A DNA stretch of 64,000 nt, taken from positions 64,001 to 128,000 of the forward strand of contig CBDBFU010000032.1 in NCBI GenBank assembly GCA_965205025.1, written 5' to 3'. Below are positions 10,884 through 22,436 of the stretch, one piece after another. The position numbers and the translations under genes are program-made. This DNA comes from Candidatus Poribacteria bacterium. Lineage in GTDB: Bacteria; Poribacteria; WGA-4E; WGA-3G. Positions within the stretch are counted from its first letter, which is position 1, and each line of letters begins with the position of its first letter. The notes under the pieces are model-generated. The model was given only the letters and a program-made list of their open reading frames with translations. It had not been told where the DNA came from and searched no databases.

Positions 10884-12070
10884 ATGGAAAACCCTAAACC
10901 CACCAAACTTCCTTCTTTAATCCTTTCCCTCTATAAGGATAATATTGGCTTGTTTCTACGAATCATGCTACCTGTCGTTATCATAGCAATTATCCTTAAT
11001 ATCTTCGTATATTACTTGCATGTCAGTATGGTTGAACAGATTAACCCAGTACTACAAAGAACTATTGGGAATAGTCCTTCTCAATCTGATGAAAATAATC
11101 TTGATCAACAAGAAAACAGTGTATCAGTAAGGTTAAATACCAATGGAGGAATATCTCCTTTTCCTTCCGCACTCTACAAAGAATTCTCTTCTAACAAAGT
11201 AAAATATAATTGGACTCCTAATCATATAGAATCAACTGATCGCACACCTATATTTTGGCAAATATTACCTTATCCCATTGATAGGAAATATGAATGATTC
11301 AGTTGGTTGGAGTTGGTCAATCTCCTTTAGAACAATAGAATACACCCCTCTAATTCTTCTCATCTTCACCTTATGTCCACTATCAATCGTTGTAGCTTTT
11401 CAAATACAGACTTCAAATATAGATCAACCTGCAGGAATATCTCCACTGACAGCGCGTTCTGTATGGAAATATACAAGTAGTAGAGCACTGAAAGTATTAA
11501 TTATACCAATACTATTTATAGTAATTACCGAATTAAGTCGACATATCTATTTGTTGATTTCATTATTATTTCCAAGGCTACCCGTCTCTTACGATGGAAT
11601 ACCACTTGTACTTTTACACATGTTTGTTAATATCTATTTTCTGGTAACTCTAAGTCTTTATAATCAATGTATAATGTTCGAGAATAGGTCAATAATAGAT
11701 ATCTTCAAGAGGAGTCATTCACTTGTCAGAGGTGTGAGATTGAAGTATCTATCAATTTACTTACTGACTGCAGGGGGTAGCTGCCATCGTATCCTCAGTT
11801 CTTATGGGTTCTGCATTATTTGTTCTGTCTTTCTTCTTTACCGAACTTGCTCCAATTCAAGATGCATTAACACCACTCAAATTTCTGTCTCTCTTTACTG
11901 GTGGTGATGTCGCGGTAATGCTACCGGATAAGCTGGATATACTTCCTACAGTTTCAATTCTAATAGTTAGTGGCATTATTTCTACACTAATAGTTCCACT
12001 CTGGGCGATAGTTACCACACATTTATATAATGAGAGAATAGGTATGAAACCAAAGGTTATTGATGCATAA
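10884..12070 (+). CDS. Paralogous membrane protein, split by two apparent +1 frameshifts
   Basis: Three overlapping ORF pieces. IFKRSHSLVRG and HLYNER parallel motifs in the upstream gene. Joins are near 11280 and 11775. Confidence 0.6.
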
Positions 12071-12708
12071 TGAGAGTAAGATTTCAGTATACAAGCTATG
12101 TTATAATAATTCTTCTAAGCTTACACTTTAATATTCACGCTGTTTCTCAAGAAAAAACACAGTATGATGAATTTAGATATACACAATCAAATCATAAAGT
12201 ATCCTATGATAAATACCATAAGGAACTAATGAAAATTCTGGAACCTGATCCAGGATTTTCTTTTAACATTGATTACATCATCCTCCCAATTGCAGTTATA
12301 GCCATAGGTATAGTTGTACTATATTTTGTAAGACAGATTCGGATGAATTATATCTTTGAAGCAAGAAACGAGGAAACCGATCCACAGGATGACAATGTGG
12401 AGACAGAAAAGAGTGCACTTGATCGTGCAGAAACAGCAATTGAAGCAAACGATTTTCGAGGAGCACTGAGATTCCTATATATCTCTGCTGTTCTACACTT
12501 ACAGGAATGTGGTATTCTCCCGTATGACAAGAGTATTACAAATCGTGAATACTTACAATTGGCACACACAGATCTTGATCTACAAGAGACATTAGCACCT
12601 ATAATAACAATCTTTGATGAGGTCTGGTACGGATATAAACATTGCGATGAACACACGGTAGAGAATTTTCGTGATACTTTGAAAGCAGTTTATGCAAGAA
12701 GTTCATAA
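12070..12708 (+). CDS. DUF4129 domain protein
   Basis: AIEANDFRGALRFLY...SITNREY...FDEVWYG pattern and operon context. Confidence 0.8.
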   Translation: MRVRFQYTSYVIIILLSLHFNIHAVSQEKTQYDEFRYTQSNHKVSYDKYHKELMKILEPDPGFSFNIDYIILPIAVIAIGIVVLYFVRQIRMNYIFEARNEETDPQDDNVETEKSALDRAETAIEANDFRGALRFLYISAVLHLQECGILPYDKSITNREYLQLAHTDLDLQETLAPIITIFDEVWYGYKHCDEHTVENFRDTLKAVYARSS

Positions 12709-12750
12709 CAAAGTTCTTATGCACATAATACACAAGCCAGCATCCTATTT

Positions 12751-13869
12751 ATGAAACTGATTCTACGAAATTTTGCCACTATTATAATTATACTGTTCAT
12801 CACAAGCTTTCTTAATTCATGTGATTATTTAGAGACTGGTGATACACTTACTCGTATCTTAAGGAAACTAAAGTTTCGAGTTACTGAAATATCTAATAAT
12901 TATCCTTCTCGACTAAAGAAATATGATGTATTGTTCATACAAGATCTCAACACTCCACCGACAGAAAACGAAATCATAAAAATACAAGACTTTGTAAAAA
13001 ATGGCGGCATCTTAGTCGTATGTAGTGGAAATGATAAAGCGATAAATGGACTGATTGAAACATACGGTTTGAAACTACATAATTTACCCAATAGCTTAGA
13101 ATTCGTCCATAGAATGAATCCTTACCCCAATTTCCACGACCAACCTCTGGATGAAATCCGTCCACGTACATACTATGTTATTGATTCTTTAGGAAGAGAT
13201 ATTACCATACTCTACGGTTCAGAAGATAAAGGAGTAGTTGTGACTTTCGAAGATGGTGAAGGTAAGGTGTTTTTTATAACATCCTCCTATATTTTTCATC
13301 AGAATGGTCTTTGGACAGAAGAAAATGCAACGCTTCTATACAATCTAACCTCTACATTTCCTAGATCTGCACAAATCGGATTAGCAGTTGAACGTTATGT
13401 CTCTCTTGAAACGAAACCGCCAAATACATTTGTGACATTAGTGCTAAAAACCCCTGTTGGACTCGCAGGTGTTTATCTTTGTATCTTATTTTTCCTATTC
13501 ATAGCTCTACAAGGTAGACGATTTGGTAAGCCATTGGATATATATGAGGAAAACAGACGTTTGAGTTCTGAATATGTTAATGCAATGACTGCACTCTATC
13601 AAAAAAACAATACTCGAATGGATATATTACAACATATAAGAGACAAGTTCAGATATGATTTAGGTATACGATGGCGTGTAAATCCAAATTTAGATACTGC
13701 TACTTATATCGAGGAGTTAAACTCACATGGGTTGGTAGACGAGGAAGGTGTTCTTTCAAATTTATTAATCAATTTGGATTCAACCAATGTATCAGAATCA
13801 CAACTACTTGACATCGCAAAAAAAGTTGATGCATTTCGCGAGTTATCTAATTTGACAACCAAAAACTGA
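12751..13869 (+). CDS. DUF4350-type (GATase-like) membrane-anchored protein
   Basis: FVKNGGILV, GEGKV...IFHQNGL and C-terminal GRRFGKP...SEYVNAMTALY, in MoxR operon context. Confidence 0.7.
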   Translation: MKLILRNFATIIIILFITSFLNSCDYLETGDTLTRILRKLKFRVTEISNNYPSRLKKYDVLFIQDLNTPPTENEIIKIQDFVKNGGILVVCSGNDKAINGLIETYGLKLHNLPNSLEFVHRMNPYPNFHDQPLDEIRPRTYYVIDSLGRDITILYGSEDKGVVVTFEDGEGKVFFITSSYIFHQNGLWTEENATLLYNLTSTFPRSAQIGLAVERYVSLETKPPNTFVTLVLKTPVGLAGVYLCILFFLFIALQGRRFGKPLDIYEENRRLSSEYVNAMTALYQKNNTRMDILQHIRDKFRYDLGIRWRVNPNLDTATYIEELNSHGLVDEEGVLSNLLINLDSTNVSESQLLDIAKKVDAFRELSNLTTKN

Positions 13870-13934
13870 AATCCTATAGGAATAATCCATACAATTGGCC
13901 ATACTTTAACTATTGCAAAGAGAAATAATAAATA

Positions 13935-14888
13935 ATGGAAAATATAGTACAATCAATTTTTGATAGAATGAAAACAGAAGTGCAAAAAGCTGTTGTTGGT
14001 CAAACCGAGCTTTTTGAATTAATAGTCGTCGGTCTATTTTCCGGTGGACATATTCTTCTGGAAGGTGTACCGGGTACAGCCAAAACACTAATTGCCAAGA
14101 CTTTAGCCAAATTAGTCTCAGGAGAATTTAGTCGTGTACAGTTTACACCTGATTTGATGCCATCCGATATAGTAGGTACAAGTGTATATGACTCAAATAC
14201 AAACCAGTTTAATTTGAAACGGGGTCCTGTATTCACGAATGTATTGCTGGCAGATGAAATTAATCGAGCACCCGCAAAAACTCAATCCGCACTCTTAGAA
14301 TGTATGGAAGAACGACAGGTAAGTATAGATGGTGTGCGTCATGAACTTCAATCTCCATTTATTGTCATAGCAACACAAAACCCAATTGAATATGAGGGAA
14401 CATATCCATTACCCGAAGCTCAACTTGACCGTTTCATTTTTAAATTACTCGTTGATTATCCTGGAAAAGAGGTAGAAAACCAGATTTTGCTGAATTACCA
14501 TGAAGGGTTTGATGCTACACAGTTAGAATCAATAGGAATACAAGGTGTTTTTGACAATACCTCACTACAAGAGTATAAATCTGCGATTAAGCAAGTCACC
14601 GTGGAATCTTCAATTATCAACTATATTGTCAGTTTAGCTGAGGCATCCCGTACTTCCAATGAGCTAATATTAGGTGGAAGTCCACGCGCTTCAGTAGCTC
14701 TCCTATTAACAAGCAAATCCTTTGCAGCACTAAAAGGTAGGGATTATATTATACCTGACGACATAAAATATCTAATGCCGCATGTCTATCGTCATAGAAT
14801 AATATTGAAACCTGAAGCTGAAATCGAAGGTCTAACCCCAGATGATGTGGTGGATCGATTGCTCGCGGAAGTAGAAATCCCACGATAA
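13935..14888 (+). CDS. moxR: MoxR-family AAA+ ATPase
   Basis: GHILLEGVPGTAKT, RVQFTPDLMPSD, LLADEINRAPAKTQSALLE and EGTYPLPEAQLDRF. Confidence 0.95.
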   Translation: MENIVQSIFDRMKTEVQKAVVGQTELFELIVVGLFSGGHILLEGVPGTAKTLIAKTLAKLVSGEFSRVQFTPDLMPSDIVGTSVYDSNTNQFNLKRGPVFTNVLLADEINRAPAKTQSALLECMEERQVSIDGVRHELQSPFIVIATQNPIEYEGTYPLPEAQLDRFIFKLLVDYPGKEVENQILLNYHEGFDATQLESIGIQGVFDNTSLQEYKSAIKQVTVESSIINYIVSLAEASRTSNELILGGSPRASVALLLTSKSFAALKGRDYIIPDDIKYLMPHVYRHRIILKPEAEIEGLTPDDVVDRLLAEVEIPR

Positions 14889-14892
14889 AATC

Positions 14893-16247
14893 ATGCATCT
14901 TAGCAAACGACTGCTCTATTTTCTCATTCCTTTAGCTATTCCAATCATACTCGTCACAACCGTACCAATTTTATTATATATTGGTTGTTTTTATTTCCTT
15001 TTATTATTATGTGTTAGTGTGGTTGATTATGTGACGAATCCGTTTATCAAAGGAATTGAAATCAATCGTGAGGTTAACTCAAAATTTTCATTAGGTGTTG
15101 AAAACAGTGTTGTATTAAATATAATCAACCGAACCGAACAAACTGTGAATTTAACCATAAAGGATGATTTTCCTGACGAATTCATTTATAAGAATATAAT
15201 ACATAAATCTTCTGTACAGTCATCAGATTCAGCTCAGTTAACATATCATCTCACACCCATACGACGGGGATTTACGAATTTGGAAATATACATGTTCGCT
15301 GTTTGGGAAAATTAGGATTAGTACTTCGTCAGTTTAAAGTTATAGCAACAACAGAGATAAAGGTTTACCCTAATCTGCAAGCAATACGGGAATATGAGCT
15401 ATTAATAAAACGAGGAATGCTACAACAGATTGGTCTAAAAAGTTCACGCCTGTTCGGAGAAGGTACGGAAATGGAAAGATTAAGAGATTATACACCTGAT
15501 GATGACTATAGACGGATAGATTGGAAAGCTACTGCAAGGCATAGAAAACCCATCGTTAGAGAATATGAGACTGAAAAAAGTCAAGATGTGATAATAATGT
15601 TAGATACAGGCAGATTGATGGCTACACCAGTTAGGTTATCTAAACCTGATTTGCTGACCGATGAGGACAGTTTGAAATATTACATGTTGAAGTTGGATTA
15701 TGCTATAAACACAACACTAATGACAGCTTATGTCTCTACCCTCAGAGGTGATAAAGTCGGTTTACTTGCTTTTGCTGATAATGTTCACCAATACTTATCC
15801 CCTAAACCTGGGAAAAAGCAGTTCTTAACGATGTTAGAATCTACATACGCATTACCTGTGATTCCTGTAGAACCGGATTTTGAATCTGCATTTACATACC
15901 TTTCTACAAAACAGCGTAAACGGGCACTAATCATACTATTCACTGATATATTGGATAAAGATTCCGCTGAAGGTATCGCAAAATATGTTGCACAATTTTC
16001 CAAACACCATCTTGTTGTATGTGTAACATTGGCTGATTCGGGTATCATAGAATTATCAGAGAAAAAAGCCACAGATTCTAAATCTGTTTATCAAAAGGCA
16101 ATCGCAGAACGACTGTTACAAGAAAAATATGTTATATTAGAAGTGTTAAAACGTCAGGGCGTAATTGCAATTGATGTTCCTGCACATCAATTAACAATGG
16201 CAGTTATAAATAAGTATATGGAGTTAAAGGCGAAGTCTATGATTTAA
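14893..16247 (+). CDS. DUF58 (vWA-like) protein; apparent -1 frameshift near 15268
   Basis: EMERLRDYTPDDDYRRIDWKATAR and LDTGRLM. The two ORFs join at a G run. Confidence 0.85.
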
Positions 16248-16290
16248 CCTTAATTGTCAATTATCAGAATGAAGACTTTTGCTATTTTCT

Positions 16291-16319
16291 TTGACACTCC
16301 AGAGAATAAACCTTATAAT
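16291..16319 (+). promoter_or_regulatory. Consensus sigma70 promoter of nusB
   Basis: Exact TTGACA-N17-TATAAT, 41 bp upstream of the ATG. Confidence 0.85.
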
Positions 16320-16360
16320 ACTGTTGATAAAAATACAGAACACCTTATATATAGATCAAA

Positions 16361-16781
16361 ATGTCATCACGTAGAAAATCGCGCATCTTGGCGATGCAAA
16401 TCCTATATCAATCTCATCTCATAAAAACTCCTATCAATACAATTATCGAAGATTTTTTGAAAACTCAAGAGACCGAAGAAACACTCCATCCTTTTAGCGA
16501 AAAACTCGTAAAAGGAACAACTCAAAATCTTGAGAATATTGATGCTGAAATCAATGCTTCTTCAAAAAAATTGGAAAATGCATCGATTACCGATAGTTGA
16601 TTTGACTATTCTTAGGATTGCTACCTATGAAATACTCTATGTAGAAGAAATTGATGCTGCCACTTCTATCAATGAAGCCATAGAGATATCCAAATCATAT
16701 AGTACACAAGATTCACCAAAGTTTATTAACGGTGTCCTTGATAACATCCGAAAAACACACGAGAATACCACAAAGGACTGA
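16361..16781 (+). CDS. nusB: Transcription antitermination factor NusB; apparent +1 frameshift in the A7 run near 16565
   Basis: RRKSRILAMQILYQ...NWKMHRLPIVDLTILR...SINEAIEISKSY...KFINGVLD. Confidence 0.9.
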
Positions 16782-16829
16782 CATTTCTATAGTCCAAATA
16801 TACAACTCAATATTTCTCCACCAGACAAA

Positions 16830-18617
16830 ATGTCAAATCTCAAATCGTCCATTATCGTTTTTCTTTTTATACTTCCTTTCAATCTATTTGCTGCACAAGA
16901 ATACACATTCTTATATGAATTCGGTGAAAAAGGGGAAGGTGAAGGACAGTTTGCTAAGAAGTTATTCACAGCATTTGATAACGAGGGTGGAATTTATATT
17001 ACGGATACCGAGAATTATAAGATTCTAAAGTTTAATGAAACTGGAAGATTCATATCTGAGATCAAGGTTACAAAATCCTCTGATTTTCGATTCATAAATC
17101 CAACATCTATAACTATAGGTCTTGACAAATCAATTTATGTAATGGATTGGACTCTCATACACATTATAGGAACAAATTCCCCTAAGATATTTAACTACGG
17201 ACCATGCATACATAAATTCGATGAAAATGGTCTTTATATTACTACTATTACACTACAGGATTTAAGCAAACGACTTGATAAGCTTGAGTCTGCTTCTCCA
17301 GGATTAGATGGTGAAGGGAAATATGCACTTATAATCCCAAATGGCAACACAAAACGGAACTTTTTACTCACGATTGATTCTCAAGATAACCTATATATTT
17401 GTGATGATGGTACTATTTACAAACTTGATTCAGAAGGCGGACTGATAAGGAAATTCCCTATTTCTCAACCAGCGGTTGGACAGGTAAGAAAACCTACCGA
17501 TCTGACTGTAGATAAATCCGAGAATTTATATATTGTGGATGAAGATGGACACAGAGTCATCAAGTTTGATCCATCAGGAAAATTCAGTAAGTCAATCGGG
17601 GAATCTGGGGATAAAATTGGACAGTTTATTAAACCGTTTAAGATTGCAACCTTACATGATGGTTCACTACTTATTGCTGACAAAGCAAAATACCTAAAGG
17701 ACTTTTTATCTTCTTTACCTAAACGACTACATGATCCAACACCCCGATATGACGGGTTTTCAAGGTCGTTTCGATACCGCATTCGTAGAATACAACGAAT
17801 TAACACAAATGGTGAATTCACCCAACAGATTTTGATTCCATTTCAAAGAGAATCTGAAGAAGATGTCGGACTTAAACTGAAAGGTATTGATTATGATGGA
17901 AACTTATATTACTTAAACACAGAAAAATTACACTTCAGGAAATATACACCAAAATCCTCTTTGTTTTCTTCTATGTTTCAAACAGAACTAAAACTACGAT
18001 ATACACGTGATATTCAGGATGTTGAAATAGACAATCAAGACGATCTGGATGCTGATCTATATACAAAGTCTGATTTTGACGAAAAGATAATTCAGGATGC
18101 TGCAGATGCACATCTTACCTTTTCTTACGACTTTAATGAGAACTTTCGACTTGGAGTCTCCAACCAACTGACATTACTTAGAATGACAGATACCAGCTAT
18201 TATAGATCACGAGATTTTGAAGATTTTCGAGGTACATTCAATCAAGATGATGAGTCCACAGAAACCTCCTTAGATAACAGAATTCAGTTTGAATTAGTAT
18301 GGGTAAGAGACCACAGCATCTACAGATATCGTGAAGCTCGTTTATACGGTTATTTCAGTACAATCCGCCTTGATTTTATCAATGACGCATTAGACCGTAG
18401 TAATTATAGGTATTTCGATTTCTTCGCAAAACTGTCCGATTGGGGTGGTGGGATCAAATATGATCTAAACAGAACATTTAGATTAAATTTCGAAATTACA
18501 CATTTCTTTGGTAAGAATAGATACACTTATCATGACGAAACCAACGAACTTTATGCCACAGGAATGCAGCAGGCAGACACAATTCGAGCAGTTCTATATT
18601 TGTATGGTTTCTTCTAA
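16830..18617 (+). CDS. Secreted NHL-repeat beta-propeller protein with a C-terminal beta-strand-rich domain
   Basis: Signal peptide, then FGEKGEGEGQF, IYITDTENYKI and PTDLTVDKSENLYIVDEDGHRVIKFD. Ends in Phe. Confidence 0.75.
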   Translation: MSNLKSSIIVFLFILPFNLFAAQEYTFLYEFGEKGEGEGQFAKKLFTAFDNEGGIYITDTENYKILKFNETGRFISEIKVTKSSDFRFINPTSITIGLDKSIYVMDWTLIHIIGTNSPKIFNYGPCIHKFDENGLYITTITLQDLSKRLDKLESASPGLDGEGKYALIIPNGNTKRNFLLTIDSQDNLYICDDGTIYKLDSEGGLIRKFPISQPAVGQVRKPTDLTVDKSENLYIVDEDGHRVIKFDPSGKFSKSIGESGDKIGQFIKPFKIATLHDGSLLIADKAKYLKDFLSSLPKRLHDPTPRYDGFSRSFRYRIRRIQRINTNGEFTQQILIPFQRESEEDVGLKLKGIDYDGNLYYLNTEKLHFRKYTPKSSLFSSMFQTELKLRYTRDIQDVEIDNQDDLDADLYTKSDFDEKIIQDAADAHLTFSYDFNENFRLGVSNQLTLLRMTDTSYYRSRDFEDFRGTFNQDDESTETSLDNRIQFELVWVRDHSIYRYREARLYGYFSTIRLDFINDALDRSNYRYFDFFAKLSDWGGGIKYDLNRTFRLNFEITHFFGKNRYTYHDETNELYATGMQQADTIRAVLYLYGFF

Positions 18618-18767
18618 TATGGATTTCCTTGGATATGGAATCTGCAGCCTTACTATCAGGTGTGACACCATCCGTCAGATCAAAGTGATGAAAAGTGCCT
18701 GTCAAAACATCAAAGCAAAGTTGGAGTTTCAAGTGGTGTGAATGCTTCGTCTCTGTGAGATTAATTG

Positions 18768-19682
18768 TTATAATGGGAGTGGAATCTGATCTGTATAAGC
18801 ACTGATACGTTCATTAGCTAAGTCAATATATTTTTTCTCAATATCGTAGCCAATATAATGTCGTCCAGCTTTGAGCGCAGATAGACATGTTGTCCCACTT
18901 CCACAAAATGGGTCCAACACAACATCACCTTCAAAGGTATAGAGTTGAATGAGTCGATAAGGTAGTTCTTCAGGAAACGGAGCTGGATGTCCGATACGTT
19001 TCGCTGAAACGGATGGAAATGTCCAGATACTTTTTGTCCACGCTAAGAAATCTTCTTTATTTATAGTATTCTCTTTATCATTACGTTTTCGTGAAAATGT
19101 GTCTTTTGAAAAAACAAGAATATATTCGTGGACATCTCTTAGTACTGGATTTGTAGCAGACAACCAACTTCCCCATGCAGTAGAACTTCCTGCACTGGAC
19201 GCTTTATCCCAGATGATTTCGCCGCGCATATAGTAGCCTATTTCTAACATATCTTCTATGATGAAACTATGCAGCGGGATATACGGTTTTCGTCCTAAAT
19301 TTGCGATATTAATGCATGCCCTACCCCCTGTAACTAATTTCTTGTAGGTTTCTGAAAAAACAGAACGCAGAAGTTCTCTATATTCCTCTAAGGATAAATC
19401 ATCGTCGTATTCCTTTTTAGCATTATAGGGTGGAGATGTAACCATGAGATGGATGCTACTATCTGGAATATCAGACATATTCTCACTGGATGTACAATAG
19501 AGTTGGTTCAGGTTTTCATCAGGAATTGTGTTTTCTATCCACTCATCAGGTTCGGGTAGTTCCTGATCTGCATAGAGTTTCCCTCTATAGAATTCACTGG
19601 AATCGTGATTGATTCTTCCAGTTGTTCCGAATGCACTTGTCTGTGTTCCTTTTTTTTGAGTGTCAGAATCTGTTTTATCCAT
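18768..19682 (-). CDS. Orphan N4-cytosine/N6-adenine DNA methyltransferase (beta class)
   Basis: VTSPPYN precedes HPAPFP and VLDPFCGSGTT. The start is placed at ATG 19682 to avoid overlap with the upstream gene. No adjacent nuclease. Confidence 0.9.
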   Translation of the reverse strand: MDKTDSDTQKKGTQTSAFGTTGRINHDSSEFYRGKLYADQELPEPDEWIENTIPDENLNQLYCTSSENMSDIPDSSIHLMVTSPPYNAKKEYDDDLSLEEYRELLRSVFSETYKKLVTGGRACINIANLGRKPYIPLHSFIIEDMLEIGYYMRGEIIWDKASSAGSSTAWGSWLSATNPVLRDVHEYILVFSKDTFSRKRNDKENTINKEDFLAWTKSIWTFPSVSAKRIGHPAPFPEELPYRLIQLYTFEGDVVLDPFCGSGTTCLSALKAGRHYIGYDIEKKYIDLANERISAYTDQIPLPL

Positions 19683-19696
19683 TACTTCTATCCACC

Positions 19697-20908
19697 CTAA
19701 TACCTGTCTGGATACCAATAAATCACATCACGTTTTGGAAACAATAAACCTAAAAACGCAGAGACTTCATCTGGAACTGATTCACCTGTATTCGCCTGTT
19801 CCCAGCTAATATCCCCAAATAAGAGTCGCCAGAAATCCTCTTCACTCATGTCTAATTGAATAGCATCCGAATCATTTTCTACAATCTGAATCGTTTCATT
19901 CCCATCATAACGCAACACTGCTTGTTGACCGTTAACAGTGGAAAATACGACTGCAAGTTGGGGGATCGATTTATCAGAATCCACAATTTTAGATTCCCAA
20001 TCTACCACGAAACGTCTCAGTAGTGTAGTAAGGCTAATCGCATAAAGCATCATATTTGTATGTATCGTAGTGTTGACCTCATTTCCAACTTCTACTATCA
20101 GACGTTCTACAAAAGGATGTTTAGGTGTAAACATGCCTCTGATAGCTTCTATCTTCTCTTGTTCACATACTTGTAAGAGATGGTTTATAAGTGAGTCTAT
20201 TGCATTTGGATATTCAGGTAAATATCCTACTTCACGAATATCCATACCTGTTTCATCAATTTCATAGTTTAAATATCCAACTGGGTTTCCATTTTGATGT
20301 GCCACAACGGTTGGAAGGATATTGCGTATTCGGGAGGGTTCCATATTCCAGTAGGAACGTGTTCGAGAAATAGCTCCACTCTGGTGTGCGTTGGAGATAT
20401 CGTAAATTGATGCCACAGCATCTAAATCAGTCTCTAAATTAAAATCACTTATCTGATACGTTGATTCCTCAATATTCCTCTCTGTTGAGTTGATCAGTAA
20501 ATTGAAACCTTCTATGGGTAAGGAAGTCCATCCAAATCGTTCGTAGAATTCCTCTGGAATGATAGTAAACAGGATACCAAGGTCGTATCCTTCCGTTTTA
20601 AAATATTCTACGGTCTGACGCATGAGGGCAGATGCATAACCTACACCTTGATATTTAGGATGTGTACATACACCACCGATACCTCCCATGGTTACGAGGG
20701 AATCACCCATCCTCATCCTACGTTCCCAGATACGCAATGTTGAAACAACAACATCGTTCACAACAACGACCCTTGTCTGTTGAAGTCTGTAGCTGCTATC
20801 CCCTTTTACATACTGCCAGTATCGTTCCTGTTGATTTGGATTGAAGGCTATACAGTTTAGTTCAACTACCTGTTCTAATTCTGATTCGCGTGCTGCTCTA
20901 ATTTCCAT
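19697..20908 (-). CDS. Eis-like GNAT acetyltransferase
   Basis: GGIGGVCTHPKYQGVGYASALM and FYERFGW, with tandem GNAT plus an SCP2-like C-terminus. Confidence 0.8.
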   Translation of the reverse strand: MEIRAARESELEQVVELNCIAFNPNQQERYWQYVKGDSSYRLQQTRVVVVNDVVVSTLRIWERRMRMGDSLVTMGGIGGVCTHPKYQGVGYASALMRQTVEYFKTEGYDLGILFTIIPEEFYERFGWTSLPIEGFNLLINSTERNIEESTYQISDFNLETDLDAVASIYDISNAHQSGAISRTRSYWNMEPSRIRNILPTVVAHQNGNPVGYLNYEIDETGMDIREVGYLPEYPNAIDSLINHLLQVCEQEKIEAIRGMFTPKHPFVERLIVEVGNEVNTTIHTNMMLYAISLTTLLRRFVVDWESKIVDSDKSIPQLAVVFSTVNGQQAVLRYDGNETIQIVENDSDAIQLDMSEEDFWRLLFGDISWEQANTGESVPDEVSAFLGLLFPKRDVIYWYPDRY

Positions 20909-20927
20909 TAATATTCCTTGTAACATC

Positions 20928-21977
20928 TTACTTCATTGTAAAAACAACGCCTAAAGCATCAGCGGGTGTTTCAATCAATTTGTCACACCCATCTGCAGCG
21001 TTGTCAATTGGAAGTAAATCAGTAATTAAATGTCCAACATTGATTTTACCTTCAGACATCAATCTAAGGGATAATTCTAAGTTGCGTTGAGTTGGCCACG
21101 GCACAAAAACCGGTGGATAGTCAGCGCCGTGTTCATAATCCTCATCGTGATATCCTGGACCTGTGCGTGCAGCACTGATAACATCAACGTTTCCAAGTCC
21201 TGCTGCAAACCCGTGTGTAATACTGGCACCACCGACAATGACGATTCGACCCATTTTGTGTGTATCGGGTGCTGTCTTTAACATTGCACGAATCTGTTGA
21301 AATGCACCGCTGGCATCTCCCCCGAAGGCGATGATTCCACAATCCATGCCGTATCCTCTCGTGAATTCAGCTGCAATTGGAATCGGATCTGTTTCAGACA
21401 CATTTATTGCTTTGTCTACACCTGCATTTTTGGCAATCTCTAACCGTAATGCAAAATTATCTAAACCGATGACATACGCACCTGCAATTTTTGCGATCTG
21501 ACATGCGAATTGTCCAACGATACCCAAACCTGCTACCACAACATTCTCTCCGATCCGTATCCGTCCACGTTGAACTGCATGGAGTGCTGTTGCTGCAAGG
21601 TGGATGGATGCGGCGTGTTCGTCCTTAACGTTTTCTGGAATCTTCGCACAAAGGTTATGGGGAACACACGCATAGGTTGCATGTAATGCGTAACCTCCTC
21701 CCATGCCTGCCACTCTGTCCCCGATCTCAAATTCATCACAATCTCCCTCTTTACCGATAACAACCCCCGCATTAGTATATCCGAAGGGTCGCTTATTTTC
21801 AGGAGATCCCGGGTTCTCTCGTCTTCTTTTCATCCCACCCAATTCCGTCCCTGGACTCACCATCGATGCGTGGACTTCAATTAGTAATTGTCCCGGTTTT
21901 GGATTAGGTGTTTCCTGTTCCTCTGTTGTAATATAACCGGCATCGTTCCGCATCACAACTTTTCTGATTTTACTCAT
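20928..21977 (-). CDS. MDR-family (zinc-binding type) dehydrogenase
   Basis: SPGTE, GYTNAGVV...GDRV and Rossmann motif VAGLGIVG. Confidence 0.85.
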   Translation of the reverse strand: MSKIRKVVMRNDAGYITTEEQETPNPKPGQLLIEVHASMVSPGTELGGMKRRRENPGSPENKRPFGYTNAGVVIGKEGDCDEFEIGDRVAGMGGGYALHATYACVPHNLCAKIPENVKDEHAASIHLAATALHAVQRGRIRIGENVVVAGLGIVGQFACQIAKIAGAYVIGLDNFALRLEIAKNAGVDKAINVSETDPIPIAAEFTRGYGMDCGIIAFGGDASGAFQQIRAMLKTAPDTHKMGRIVIVGGASITHGFAAGLGNVDVISAARTGPGYHDEDYEHGADYPPVFVPWPTQRNLELSLRLMSEGKINVGHLITDLLPIDNAADGCDKLIETPADALGVVFTMK

Positions 21978-22016
21978 TTCTGTTACCTTTATAGCAGTAG
22001 TATCAATTCTTATCGT

Positions 22017-22045
22017 ATTTTATTCTATTTCTGATTTAGTGTCAA
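22017..22045 (-). promoter_or_regulatory. Putative sigma70 promoter
   Basis: TTGACA-N17-TAAAAT on the minus strand, 40 bp upstream of 21977. Confidence 0.65.
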
Positions 22046-22061
22046 ATCATGAAGGTGGTAA

Positions 22062-22362
22062 GGGTGTGTAAAGTAATTGTCACTTTATTTAACACCAATG
22101 ATATCTCAATTCCAATTCATCCAGTCTGAATTTCGAGATTTACAGCTTATTCTTTGCTACTATAATTTTGACAATTCTATTTCAAGGGTAACTGAGAATC
22201 TAATGATAAGTCTATTTTTTGGAGTTTTCTATATCAAAAATACCGTACTCCAGCGGGGTACTATGTGTCTATAGAAAACAATATCGGAACAATCTGGCAC
22301 TCCAGCGGAGTGCTATGTCCTAATCCACTATGAATGTTTAGTGACAAATACTATACATACCC
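22062..22362. mobile_element. 301-bp MITE with GGGTGTGTAAAGT...TACATACCC TIRs and a 9-bp TSD (IS256-like ends)
   Basis: Imperfect ~23-bp TIRs. AGGTGGTAA is duplicated at 22053-22061 and 22363-22371. Contains two GYACTCCAGCGG hairpins. Confidence 0.85.
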
Positions 22363-22436
22363 AGGTGGTAAGTTTAAAATTAGTCCCTCATTGTTCCAAC
22401 GGAATGTTTATAGCAAAAGTGTCTATCCCAATAATT

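Noticed and set aside
9977-16247. MoxR-DUF58-DUF4350-DUF4129 cluster as a novel system
   Set aside because: A widespread, already described operon type; listed under features only.
18768-19682. R-M system around the beta-class MTase
   Set aside because: The neighbours are a GNAT and an NHL protein, and no cognate nuclease is visible.
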